A stretch of 64,000 nt of DNA from Meiothermus sp. (GCA_033762915.1 JANRLD010000053.1:64001-128000); one strand, 5' to 3'; positions 9,566 to 18,918 are shown, counted from the stretch's first letter. Numbers and translations: made by a program. The notes: generated by a model not told the origin, from the sequence alone.

Positions 9566-9693
9566 GGCGAGCCGAAGGTTTGCGTCGCTCTTCGTGCCGC
9601 TCCTATTGGGTCGAAGTCGAGGGCCGAGGTTTCAGTCCGTTGTGTACTGGCCCCTCGGCCTCAGCCCTTCGACCCTCTGCCGTCTTACAGCTT

Positions 9694-10953
9694 TTACCGC
9701 CCCGCGTAGATCGCCTGCAGGCGGCTCACGATGTCCCTGGCGGCCTGCTCGGGGGTCTTCTGGCGGGCCAGCACCTGATTGGTGTTGGTGCGGATCGCCT
9801 CGGAGATTTCGGCGTAGCGGGGGTGCTGCGGGCGGGCGCGGGCGGCCTGCACCACCGGCAGGGCCTGGGCGAAGAAGGGGTTGGCCTTCAGGACGTCGGC
9901 ATCGCGGTAGAGCGCAGGGAAGACCGGCAGGTTGGAGGCCTCGATGGCCAGAACCTTAGAGACCTCAGGGCTGCTCAGGAAGCGGATTAGCTTGTAGGCC
10001 TGGGCCTTGTTGCGGCTGAAGTCGGAGATGGTCCACTGCCAACCGCCCAAGCAACTGGTCTGACGTCCGCCCTGGAAGGCGGGCAGCGGCACCACCCCTA
10101 TCTTGCCCTTGACCTGGCTGTCGGCATCGTTCTGGAAGCGCGCCCAGGCGTAGGAGAACAGCGTCCCAAACACCCAGCGGCCCTGCTGCATCTCGGCGCG
10201 GACGGTGTCTTGGGCCTTCTCGGCCATGTTGGGGGGCGAGACCCGCTGCTCCATCAGGCTGACCCAGAAAGCCAGCGAACGCTGGGCCTGGGCCTCGGTC
10301 AGGGCGAACTGGCCCTGGGCGTTGGTCACGTCGCCGCCCGCCGCCCAGATCGGCAACATGAAGGTGCAGACCGCACCCTCGGCCGGCGCACCGATGAAGC
10401 CGATGCCGTTGAGGTTGGGATTATTCTCGCCGCGCAGGATGGTCTGGGCCTGCTGGATGGCCTCGTCCCAGGTCGTGGGGGGCTTGAGGTTGTACTTCTC
10501 GAGCAGGTCGGTGCGGTAGAACAGGAACTGCGCATCGGCAAAGCTCGGCAGCGCCACCAGTGAGCCGTTGATGACGTTGGCCTGGGCATAGGCGGGCAGG
10601 TAGGTGGCCAGCAGGTTGCGCCGAGAGATGCCCGGCAGGTACTTGTCCAGGGTGTCGGCCCAGCGGCTGGCCTGGTACTGGGCGGGCCGGATCACATCGA
10701 TCAGGATCGCGTCGATGCTGGGGTCGCGGGAGGCCAGCACGGTGGTGAGGTACTGCTGCTGCTGGTCAGAGGTTGAGCCACCCACCTCGATGTCCACCCG
10801 GACACCGGGGTTGCGCTGCTGGTAGGTGTCGAGGATCTTGCGCAGCACATCGGGGCGCTGCTGGCCCCCCACGAACACCCGCAGCCGGGTCTGCTGCGCC
10901 AGGGCGCTGGACATTACCAGCACCGCCATCAAAAGCCAGAACCATTTCTTCAT
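9694..10953 (-). CDS. Sugar ABC transporter substrate-binding protein
   Basis: Signal peptide MKKWFWLLMAVLVMSSALA; LFYRTDLLEKY..KPPTTWDE; CLGGWQ; RBS GGAGGAG upstream. Confidence 0.9.
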   Translation of the reverse strand: MKKWFWLLMAVLVMSSALAQQTRLRVFVGGQQRPDVLRKILDTYQQRNPGVRVDIEVGGSTSDQQQQYLTTVLASRDPSIDAILIDVIRPAQYQASRWADTLDKYLPGISRRNLLATYLPAYAQANVINGSLVALPSFADAQFLFYRTDLLEKYNLKPPTTWDEAIQQAQTILRGENNPNLNGIGFIGAPAEGAVCTFMLPIWAAGGDVTNAQGQFALTEAQAQRSLAFWVSLMEQRVSPPNMAEKAQDTVRAEMQQGRWVFGTLFSYAWARFQNDADSQVKGKIGVVPLPAFQGGRQTSCLGGWQWTISDFSRNKAQAYKLIRFLSSPEVSKVLAIEASNLPVFPALYRDADVLKANPFFAQALPVVQAARARPQHPRYAEISEAIRTNTNQVLARQKTPEQAARDIVSRLQAIYAGR

Positions 10954-11011
10954 GTCTCCTCCTCGAGGTCGCCGCACGTCGTAGGTGCCACGCCGTACGC
11001 CAGAACCTTTT

Positions 11012-11995
11012 TTAGCTGATTTGCACCCCTAGTTTACCCAGTTCCCCCAGCATTGTCTCGTTAACCTCGATGCCCTCCTTTTCGGCTCTACTGCGCAGTT
11101 GAGAGCGCCTCGAGCCGGGCAGGCGACCGCCTGCGGCCTCGAGGGCAGAAACCAGCTGAGTCATTCGCGCCGCGTAGCCCCCGCCGTAGGCCGCGGGGTC
11201 GAAGGCGACCAGCAAAAGCCCAGGCTTCGCGGCCTGCTCGGGCGGCATCCAGGGCAGCGGCAGGTCGGGCGAGAGGATGTCGCCCGCGATGGCCCCGGCC
11301 AGAATTTCCACCATCACCGCCAGCGCGTAGCCCTTGCCCCCCCCGATGGGGATGAGCGAACCCTCCAGGGCCGCCTTGGCGTCGGTGGTGGGGTTGCCCT
11401 CCTTGTCCAGCGCCAAGCCCTCGGGGATGGCCTCGCCCTTCTTGGAGGCGTTGATGATCTTCCCTCGAGCGACCACCGAGACCGAGGTGTCAATGATGAC
11501 CGGCTCGGGCGCGGCGGGAGCCCCCAGCGCGATGGGGTTCGTACCGAGAACCGGGCCGGGAGCAATGGCGGGCGGGGTGTTGGCAAACGCCAGGGCGACC
11601 AGCCCTTGCTGGGCCAATCGACCGACATAGGCCGAGAGCACGCCGGAGTGTCCGGCGTTCCGCACGGCCACCGAGGCACTGCCCTGGGCCCTGGCCAGAC
11701 CGACCAGTTCATCGACCCCGCGCAGGCCCGCCACTGGTCCCGGCGCACCGTCGGCGTACAAAACCCCGACCGACGGGCGGAGCAATTCGAAGCGCATCTG
11801 TGGCGAAGCGTTCAGGCCTTTTGCCTGAAGCTGTGAGGTGTACTGAGCGACCCGCGACAGCCCGTGCCCCGCATTGCCCTCGGCCTCGGCCTCGAGGATA
11901 ATCTCGGCGAACTGCGCAGCGTGCGCCGCCGACATCCCGAGGCTCTGGAAGTGGCTCGAGAGGATCGACTGGAGCCGGGCCACCGCGACCTTCAC
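11012..11995 (-). CDS. comC: Ldh_2-family oxidoreductase; candidate (R)-sulfolactate dehydrogenase ComC
   Basis: Motifs GHGLSRV, GHSGVL, GTNPIA and GGGKGYAL; GTG start overlaps the upstream stop; adjacent to slcC/suyAB. Confidence 0.72.
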   Translation of the reverse strand: MKVAVARLQSILSSHFQSLGMSAAHAAQFAEIILEAEAEGNAGHGLSRVAQYTSQLQAKGLNASPQMRFELLRPSVGVLYADGAPGPVAGLRGVDELVGLARAQGSASVAVRNAGHSGVLSAYVGRLAQQGLVALAFANTPPAIAPGPVLGTNPIALGAPAAPEPVIIDTSVSVVARGKIINASKKGEAIPEGLALDKEGNPTTDAKAALEGSLIPIGGGKGYALAVMVEILAGAIAGDILSPDLPLPWMPPEQAAKPGLLLVAFDPAAYGGGYAARMTQLVSALEAAGGRLPGSRRSQLRSRAEKEGIEVNETMLGELGKLGVQIS

Positions 11996-12930
11996 CGCCC
12001 ACCCCCCGCCTTGCCCAACACAGCCAGCACGCCCTCGGCGACCCGGACCCCCACGGCTTCCTGGGCCTCCGCCGTTAGGCCTGCAACATGCGGGGTTATC
12101 CACAGGTTATCCACACCCCGCAACACGTGCCCGGCGGGCAGCGGCTCGGGGTCGACCACGTCCAGCACGGCTCCGCCAAGTTGCCCGGATTTGAGCGCAG
12201 CCACCAGGTCGGCCTGGTGAACCAGTTCGCCTCGAGCGGTGTTGATCAGGAACGCGCCCTTGGGCATGGCGGCAATGGTCTCGGCGCGGATTAGCTCCCG
12301 GGTCTGGGGCGTGAGGGGCGCGTGGAGCGAGAGGAAGTAGCTGCGGGAAAGGACCGAGGCAACATCGGTCAGCTCTACCTCGAGGTCTTCCACCGCGCTC
12401 TCCCAGGCCAGCCGCACGGGGTCGGAGGCCACCACCTTCATCCCAAAGGCCCGGGCCCGCCGCGCCACCCGAAGCCCCACCTCGCCCAGCCCCACCAGGC
12501 CCAGGGTCTTCCCGGCCAGCTCGAACCCCCCGAAGGTACCCCGGTTCCAGCCGCCCCCGGCCACGTGTGCCGCCCCGCCGGCGATGTTGCGGGCCAGGTG
12601 CAGCATCGCCGCCATCACGTACTCGGCCACCCCGCCCGCGTTGATGCCCCTGGCGAAGTACAGCTGCACGCCTTGGGCCTTGAGGTCGGGCTGGTTGATG
12701 TTGTCCAGGCCTACGCCCAGCCGCCCGACGACCTTCAGCCTCGACGCGCCCGAAATCAACTCTGCGTTGACCTGGGTCTGATTCCGCACTACCAGAGCGG
12801 TGGCCGTGCGCAGTTTCGCCTTCAACCCCTCCCGGTCTTTCCAGAGGTCGGGGTCGTAGGCCACCTCGAGCCCGCTCGCGCGGAGCCGCTCCAGGCCGGA
12901 AGGGGTAATGAACTCGCAAACGATGATCAT
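11992..12930 (-). CDS. slcC: D-2-hydroxyacid dehydrogenase; candidate (S)-sulfolactate dehydrogenase SlcC
   Basis: I.EF N-terminus, ALVVRNQTQV, VGRLGVGLDNI, VAEYV, GLVGLGEVG, INTARG and TPHVAG. Confidence 0.72.
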   Translation of the reverse strand: MIIVCEFITPSGLERLRASGLEVAYDPDLWKDREGLKAKLRTATALVVRNQTQVNAELISGASRLKVVGRLGVGLDNINQPDLKAQGVQLYFARGINAGGVAEYVMAAMLHLARNIAGGAAHVAGGGWNRGTFGGFELAGKTLGLVGLGEVGLRVARRARAFGMKVVASDPVRLAWESAVEDLEVELTDVASVLSRSYFLSLHAPLTPQTRELIRAETIAAMPKGAFLINTARGELVHQADLVAALKSGQLGGAVLDVVDPEPLPAGHVLRGVDNLWITPHVAGLTAEAQEAVGVRVAEGVLAVLGKAGGGR

Positions 12931-13013
12931 GGCAGGATGAGACCGACGCCTCGTCTTCGCTCGAGGCTGGAAGGGGTTATGAACTCGCGGATGACGATCA
13001 TGGCGGTTGGCCC

Positions 13014-13056
13014 TTAGCGGTTAGCCGGTAGCTAAGAGCTAACCGCTAACCGCTAA
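13014..13056. repeat. Heptamer-based hairpin between suyB and slcC
   Basis: TTAGCGGTTAGC...GCTAACCGCTAACCGCTAA. Confidence 0.6.
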
Positions 13057-13060
13057 ACCA

Positions 13061-14242
13061 TCAAGCACTTGGGTAAAGTTTCGTGATCACGAACTCGTTG
13101 TGCCGCAACAGCTCGGCGGCGGTCATGCGGCCGTTAACCGTGCGAGCGAAAATGTCCATGATGCGGTCGGCAGCCTGCTCGAGGTTGATCTCGCCCACCA
13201 GCAGGTCGGGGAGTTTCACGTCGATGTGCTCGCTCATGGTCGAGCAGGTGATGGGGTTGGGCGAGACCTTGATGACTGGGATGATGGGATGGCCCACGAT
13301 GTTTCCCTGTCCGGTGGTAAAGAAGTGCAGCACCGCGCCGCCCGCCGCGCAGAGGGTGACCTGCTCGGCCCCGGCGGAGGAGCTGTTCATGAACACCAGT
13401 CCCTGGCCTGGCTGCACCGCCTCGGCATAGTTGAGGACAGCATTGACCGGCCTGCTGCCGGTCTTCTGGATGTTACCCAGCGCCTTCTCCTCGATGGTGC
13501 TGAGGCCGCCCCTGATGTTGCCCTCGGTGGGCTGCGAGCCCAGCAGGTCGACGCCCTGGTCTTCGATCATCTGAATGTAGTCGTCGTAGATCTTCTGGAA
13601 CTTACGCCGGAGCGCGGGCGTGGCGCAACGGTTCGCGATCAGGTGCTCGCCGCCGGTCAGCTCGGAGGTCTCGCCAAAGATAACCGAGGCCCCCAGGTCC
13701 ACCAGCCGGTCCACCGCCCGGCCCTGGGCCTTGTTGCCCGCCAGGCCCAGCGTGGGGTCAGACTCGCCGCACTTGATCGAGAGCACCAACTCGGAGACCG
13801 AGACCGGCTCGCGCCGCACCTCGGAGGCGTCCTGGGTCAGCCCGTAGGCCACCCTCGAGGCCGCATTAATCACGTTCAGGTCGCCGTAGCGCTCGATGGA
13901 GAAGGTCTCGACGGGCTTGCCGGTCTTGGCGATGGCCGAGGCCACCCGGTCGGTCCACTTGGGCTCGATGCCGATCACCACCACGCTGTGGACGTTGGGG
14001 TTGGCCCCGTGGCCCGAGAGGGTGCGGAAGGTCAGCTCGAGGTCCTCGCCGAACTGTAGACGGCCGTAGGGGTGGGGCAGCGCGGTCGTCCCGTTAATCA
14101 GCCGGGCCACACCCTCCGCGGCGGAGTTGGATAGGTCGTCCACGGGCAGAATCAACACGTGATTCCGCACCCCGACAGCCCCATTCTCCCGGCGATACCC
14201 GTTGAGTTGCATCTTGGAGGCTCCTGACTTCTTCGCCATCAC
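13061..14242 (-). CDS. suyB: UxaA-family protein; (R)-sulfolactate sulfo-lyase beta subunit
   Basis: GYRRENG.VGVRNHV.ILPVDD.SN, PH.YGRLQFGEDLEL, VVVIGIEP, KCGESD and GGLSTIEEKALG, which I recall as SuyB-type rather than altronate dehydratase-type. Confidence 0.85.
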   Translation of the reverse strand: MMAKKSGASKMQLNGYRRENGAVGVRNHVLILPVDDLSNSAAEGVARLINGTTALPHPYGRLQFGEDLELTFRTLSGHGANPNVHSVVVIGIEPKWTDRVASAIAKTGKPVETFSIERYGDLNVINAASRVAYGLTQDASEVRREPVSVSELVLSIKCGESDPTLGLAGNKAQGRAVDRLVDLGASVIFGETSELTGGEHLIANRCATPALRRKFQKIYDDYIQMIEDQGVDLLGSQPTEGNIRGGLSTIEEKALGNIQKTGSRPVNAVLNYAEAVQPGQGLVFMNSSSAGAEQVTLCAAGGAVLHFFTTGQGNIVGHPIIPVIKVSPNPITCSTMSEHIDVKLPDLLVGEINLEQAADRIMDIFARTVNGRMTAAELLRHNEFVITKLYPSA

Positions 14243-14586
14243 TTGCCCCCTTTCTTGGCTTTGGCGGAGGAAGCAGCCTTGGCCTTGCTGCCCGCCTTGC
14301 CGTAGTCCCAGCGCAGCGTCCGAATGTTGTGCACGTGAACCCAGCCGCCCTTCTTCACGGCCTTGGTGACCTTGCCGACCTTCTCGCCGTACTCGATCAC
14401 CACGTGCCCCACCGCCATATCTTTGAGCGCGACCTTGTGGCCCAGCGGGACGGCCTCGAGCGTCCTGACCTCCAAGGGTTTGCCCCCCTCGAGGCTTTGA
14501 ATCACCAGCTCTTCTCCGGGCTGTAGGTCCGCGACCGCCACGGCCACGTCGTCGGTAACTTTATGCGCTAAGGCGCGGTGTGCCAT
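14239..14586 (-). CDS. suyA: SAF-domain protein; sulfolactate sulfo-lyase alpha subunit
   Basis: VPLGHKVALKD, YGE..G and HVHNIRTLRW; overlaps the suyB start. Confidence 0.82.
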   Translation of the reverse strand: MAHRALAHKVTDDVAVAVADLQPGEELVIQSLEGGKPLEVRTLEAVPLGHKVALKDMAVGHVVIEYGEKVGKVTKAVKKGGWVHVHNIRTLRWDYGKAGSKAKAASSAKAKKGGK

Positions 14587-14609
14587 GTTGCCTCCGTTTT
14601 AAACGCAAA

Positions 14610-14624
14610 TAGATTTTATATCTA
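14610..14624. promoter_or_regulatory. Putative operator TAGAT-N5-ATCTA upstream of suyA
   Basis: TAGATTTTATATCTA, an AT-rich palindrome 23 nt before the suyA start; similar site at 18202-18216. Confidence 0.55.
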
Positions 14625-14772
14625 AAAAATGCCGAAGGTCAAGCAAGCCCGTTTCTGCAGAAAAAGACCCGGGTACAGGCTCGCCACAGACCGTAACGAG
14701 GTTAGGTTTGGATCAACTGGCAATTTTCCCAAAAATCACTATACTATCCCCGAAAAAGGAGATTTGTAATTT

Positions 14773-17700
14773 ATGAGAGGAGCATTCAACCACTGGATCA
14801 CGACGATGGGCCTCTTGGGGGGTTCCGCACTGCTCCTCTCGGGGTGTGGCCAGACCCAACCCGCAACCCCGATTAATCCCAACCAACTCGACAGCCGGGG
14901 CGGCACGATCCGCTCCAGCGACGAGAAGGCCAGCCTCCAGATTCCTGGACAGACCCTGAGCGGCGCGGTGGTGTTCAGCCTGGCACCCAGCAATCAAACC
15001 GTCAAAGCCCCTGCCGACAAGGTGCTGGTCTCGGGGACGATGTACGCCCTCGGCAGCACCCCCAGCACCACCCTGGCCAAGCCCAGCACCCTCAGCATCC
15101 AGTATGACCCCGCCCTGGTGGAGGGCCTAGGGCGAAAACTGGGCGTGAGCAGCCAGGCAGCGGCCAACACCCTCGAGGTCGCACTCCTTGCGAACGGCGC
15201 TTGGGTGCCGGTGGGCGGCAGCAGCGCCGACCCCAACGCCTCAACCGTGCAAGCCCCCATCACCGAGATGGGGATTTATGCTTTGCTGGCCCCCGATGGT
15301 TCTAAACCAGTATGGAGGCTCGAGGTACGTGGCGGCATCGGGGCTATTGGGAACAACATCAACGAAGTACAGCCCATCGCCGAGGCCATCAACCGCAACT
15401 ACCTTTACATCAGTCTGAGCCGCAATGGTCAAGTTCCCACTAGCCCAGTAGCCCTCCACCTCAGCGGCCCCAACGGCTTTAACACTACGCTCCCCTATAC
15501 CGAGGGACGCAACTGGGGGATGTTCGGCCTTGCAACCCGCCAAGCCGGACTGTTCACCCTGCGCTTTAGTGCGGACGGGCAGGACATTTCCAGTACAGTA
15601 GACATCGCCGCGACCCCTACCTTGCCGCTGCCCGTAATCAGCGCGCAGGTGGTGTCCGGGCGGGTCGAAACCCGCTGGGAACCGATTGCTGCTGCCCAGA
15701 GCTACGAAGTGCGGCTGTATGGCCCCACCCTTTCGGTAGTGCAGACCCTGCAAACCAAGAATACCAACGCCAACCTGACCATCCCCTCTAATCTGATTGG
15801 TCAGAACATCGCCGTCATGGTGCTGGCCTACACCTGGGACAACACCCTCGAGCGTACCCAACCCTACCCCACAATCCTCGAGAAAACCAATGCCTCGGCC
15901 TCGCTGGTTTCCTTCACACAAAGCAATCCCCCCTCTAACCCTACCAACACTCCCAGGCTCATCAACCTGAGTCCCGCGACCCTGAGCCTATCAACCGGCA
16001 CGGGACGAACCGCTAGCGCTTATATCAACTTTGGCAATGGCGGCACGGCTCCCCTCACCTATCGAGCCTCGGTGAATAACAGTAGTTTCAGAATCTTAGG
16101 AAACGAGATCGGCAGCGTTGATCCTGGCTTGTTCCCACGCCTTCAAGTGGAAGGCACTTGTGGCAGCACCCAGAACACCCTCACTGGGATTTTCACACTC
16201 ACCACCAACGACCCCAATACTCCCACTCGCACTGTGCCACTGCGCCTCGAGTGTTTTAGCTTTACTGCCCTCCGGGCCGAACTGGTCTATAACGAGTTTA
16301 GCCATAAAGGCGGCTCTAGCTCCTACTACGACCCTACCCTCTCCGACGCAGAGTGGAGCCCGGACAGAAGCCGGATCGCCACTTACGGAAGCGGCGAGCA
16401 AGTCATCATCTGGGATGCTCAGACCGGGCGCTCATTGCGGCGGAGTCAGCAGGCCATTAACGCCTACAGCGGTACCAAGGTACTGGCTATGCGCTGGAGT
16501 CCAACCGGTGGGGACATCGCCTTCATCAGCTACAGCGGGGATAGAATCCGGATTCTGGATTCGTCAACGGCCCGCGAGCGCTTAGTTATCCGGGCACTCA
16601 ACGGCGATTTTGATCAGCTTGCATGGAGTCCGGACGGCACCCAAATCGCCTCTCGAGCCCGCAACGAACTGCATATCTATGAAACAACCGCCGGAAATCT
16701 GCGCCGCCGGATCAGCTTGCCTACGGAGTTCTACAACGGTGGGAGCCGCATCCTTGGCTGGAGCACCGACGGAAGCCAGGTGCTCACTTTGGATGGAATA
16801 AACTCGAATGGTACCCCGGTGGGTATCAACTTTTGGCGCGTTTCGGACGGCTCGTTGGCCCGCCAGCAGAACATCCAGATTCCTAGCTACTGGGGAATGG
16901 CTGGCGAGGCCCTCAGCCCGAACCGGACCACCCTGGCAATAGGCCTTAGCAGCACCAGTGGCTCCGATGACTACCGGGTGCAACTCTACCGCGTCAGCGA
17001 CGGACAGGCTCTACCAGAGTTCCCCACCAACCGAGCCAACCGAGACTCGCTCCGATTGCAGTGGAGCCAGGACGGGAGTCGGATACTCGCCTCGAGCAGA
17101 CAGTGCCCTGCGCTAAACCCCAACTCTGGTATCTGTCTGCACCTATGGCGTACTTCAGATGGAGCCCTACTACACAGCATCGCCACCAGCATTGACGCGA
17201 CCCAGCAAGGCATCACCCTCTCAGCATCGGGGGATCAAGCCTTAATCTCGTCCACGTCAACCGTGGCGAGGTTGATTTCCCTCGCTACTGGAAACCCTAT
17301 CCTTCTTCTGGGGAATCACGGCAGCAGCATCAGAAGCCTAGCCTTCGACTCGAGCAACCGCCTGCTCAGTGGTAGCAACAACACCAACTTTTCGGGATAC
17401 AACCTGAGCTTTAGAAACCTAAGCAGTTCCCAGATCACCCGCTTCGGCGATATAACTGCATCGGGGATGCAAACTGTCACGTGGATGCCCAACAACCGCG
17501 TGGCTGGGATCGAGGTGGACAGCCGGAGTGGATTCGCTGCTTTAAAGGTATTCGATACCACTACCCAGCAGCAGACTCGCTCCGTTTCCATTGAGGGGCG
17601 CTGGTTCGTGTGGAGTCCCGACGGACGCAGGCTGCTTTACCAGCCCAGCGAGCAACGTATCGGCATATTCGATGTGGAGAACGCCCGCCATTTGGCAGAC

Positions 17701-18204
17701 CTCGAGACACAGCCCAACGACTCAACTATAGATCGTACCAGCTTAGCCTGGAGTCCCGATGGCAGTCAGATCGTGCGACCAAGCTCGGGCGAGTTGGTCT
17801 TCTTCGACCCTCAGAACGGCAGAATTGTTCGGCGGGTCACCGCTTCAGGCGGATTCTTGCCGTGCTTCATGGGACGCATATTCTGGCAGGGTAACAGCTT
17901 GGTCTGCGGCAGCAGCTCAGGCCAGTTAGGGGTGATGAATGTTACCAACGGGCAAATGATATTCACTCAAAGCGAACCAACCTCCAGCGAACGCTTGGTC
18001 GGCTTGAGTCCGAACGGGCAGCAACTTGTCCTAGTTAGCGACACCACCACTCGAATCATCTCTCTGAACGGCATCGAGTTGCTTCGGATGCCTAATGGCG
18101 ACTACAACACTATCGGAGATGCCGCCTGGAGCAGCGACGGGAGTCTGCTGGCCTTTGGCGGAGTGACTTCGCTCGAGGTCTACCGCATCACCCCTCAGCC
18201 GTAG
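14773..18204 (+). CDS. Large lipoprotein with N-terminal ZU5-like/Ig-like domains and C-terminal WD40/TolB-like beta-propeller repeats
   Basis: Lipobox LLSGC; repeated WSPDG/WSxDG blades; lower GC than flanks; RBS AAGGAG. Confidence 0.8.
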   Translation: MRGAFNHWITTMGLLGGSALLLSGCGQTQPATPINPNQLDSRGGTIRSSDEKASLQIPGQTLSGAVVFSLAPSNQTVKAPADKVLVSGTMYALGSTPSTTLAKPSTLSIQYDPALVEGLGRKLGVSSQAAANTLEVALLANGAWVPVGGSSADPNASTVQAPITEMGIYALLAPDGSKPVWRLEVRGGIGAIGNNINEVQPIAEAINRNYLYISLSRNGQVPTSPVALHLSGPNGFNTTLPYTEGRNWGMFGLATRQAGLFTLRFSADGQDISSTVDIAATPTLPLPVISAQVVSGRVETRWEPIAAAQSYEVRLYGPTLSVVQTLQTKNTNANLTIPSNLIGQNIAVMVLAYTWDNTLERTQPYPTILEKTNASASLVSFTQSNPPSNPTNTPRLINLSPATLSLSTGTGRTASAYINFGNGGTAPLTYRASVNNSSFRILGNEIGSVDPGLFPRLQVEGTCGSTQNTLTGIFTLTTNDPNTPTRTVPLRLECFSFTALRAELVYNEFSHKGGSSSYYDPTLSDAEWSPDRSRIATYGSGEQVIIWDAQTGRSLRRSQQAINAYSGTKVLAMRWSPTGGDIAFISYSGDRIRILDSSTARERLVIRALNGDFDQLAWSPDGTQIASRARNELHIYETTAGNLRRRISLPTEFYNGGSRILGWSTDGSQVLTLDGINSNGTPVGINFWRVSDGSLARQQNIQIPSYWGMAGEALSPNRTTLAIGLSSTSGSDDYRVQLYRVSDGQALPEFPTNRANRDSLRLQWSQDGSRILASSRQCPALNPNSGICLHLWRTSDGALLHSIATSIDATQQGITLSASGDQALISSTSTVARLISLATGNPILLLGNHGSSIRSLAFDSSNRLLSGSNNTNFSGYNLSFRNLSSSQITRFGDITASGMQTVTWMPNNRVAGIEVDSRSGFAALKVFDTTTQQQTRSVSIEGRWFVWSPDGRRLLYQPSEQRIGIFDVENARHLADLETQPNDSTIDRTSLAWSPDGSQIVRPSSGELVFFDPQNGRIVRRVTASGGFLPCFMGRIFWQGNSLVCGSSSGQLGVMNVTNGQMIFTQSEPTSSERLVGLSPNGQQLVLVSDTTTRIISLNGIELLRMPNGDYNTIGDAAWSSDGSLLAFGGVTSLEVYRITPQP

Positions 18205-18216
18205 ACAAAAAATCTA
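18202..18216. promoter_or_regulatory. Putative operator TAGAC-N5-ATCTA upstream of gntR
   Basis: TAGACAAAAAATCTA, followed by TTGACG and then TAGACT just before the gntR ATG. Confidence 0.5.
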
Positions 18217-18258
18217 AAATTTGACGGGGCTGGTCTGGGTTGCCTAGACTGGCCCCAG

Positions 18259-18918
18259 ATGATCGAGCACACGCTCCAGCGCACCACCCTCAACCGCGAG
18301 GCCTACAAAACCTTGCGCCAGGCCATTTTGGGGCGGACGATTCCCAGCGGACAGAAGCTGGTGGTGCGGGTGCTGGCCGAGCAGTTGGGGCTCTCCCCCA
18401 CCCCTGTGAAGGAGGCCCTGAGCGCCCTCGAGCGCGAGGGCCTGGTGGTGGCCATTCCCCACCGAGGATATTTCGTCCTCGAGCCCACCCTCGAAGACAT
18501 CCGTGAGATTTACAACCTGCGGGAGGTGCTGGAGGGGCTAGCAGCGCGGCTGGCAGTGGCGAACGACGGGCAGGCGCTGGTCGCGAAGCTCGAGAAGCTC
18601 CTGACCAAGCAGCACAAGGCCGCCGACAAGGGCGACCTCGAGAGCTACGGCGACCTTGATCTGGCCTTTCACAGGACTTTTTGGGAGGCGGCGCACAACA
18701 GAAGATTGCTGGCAACCGCCGAGACCATCGACGGGCAGATTCGGATGCTGATTAACAGCTCGGCAGCGATTCCGGGGCGGCTGGTGGGCTCTAGGGCCGA
18801 GCACGAGGCAGTGATGGCGGCGGTGCGGGGCAAAGACCCTGAGGCAGCAGAGGCCGCGATGCGAACCCACGTGCGGAACGCGGGGCGGGCGCTCGAGGCG
18901 TATCTCATCAAGCCATGA
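18259..18918 (+). CDS. GntR-family regulator with FCD domain
   Basis: HTH LAEQLGLSPTPVKEALSALEREGLV; FCD motifs D..FH and EH. Confidence 0.92.
   Translation: MIEHTLQRTTLNREAYKTLRQAILGRTIPSGQKLVVRVLAEQLGLSPTPVKEALSALEREGLVVAIPHRGYFVLEPTLEDIREIYNLREVLEGLAARLAVANDGQALVAKLEKLLTKQHKAADKGDLESYGDLDLAFHRTFWEAAHNRRLLATAETIDGQIRMLINSSAAIPGRLVGSRAEHEAVMAAVRGKDPEAAEAAMRTHVRNAGRALEAYLIKP

Noticed and set aside
13061..14586. Altronate/galactarate dehydratase (uxaA/garD) annotation
   Set aside because: The split subunits, the YGRLQFGEDLEL-type motif and slcC/comC neighbours favour SuyAB, though this needs phylogenetic confirmation.
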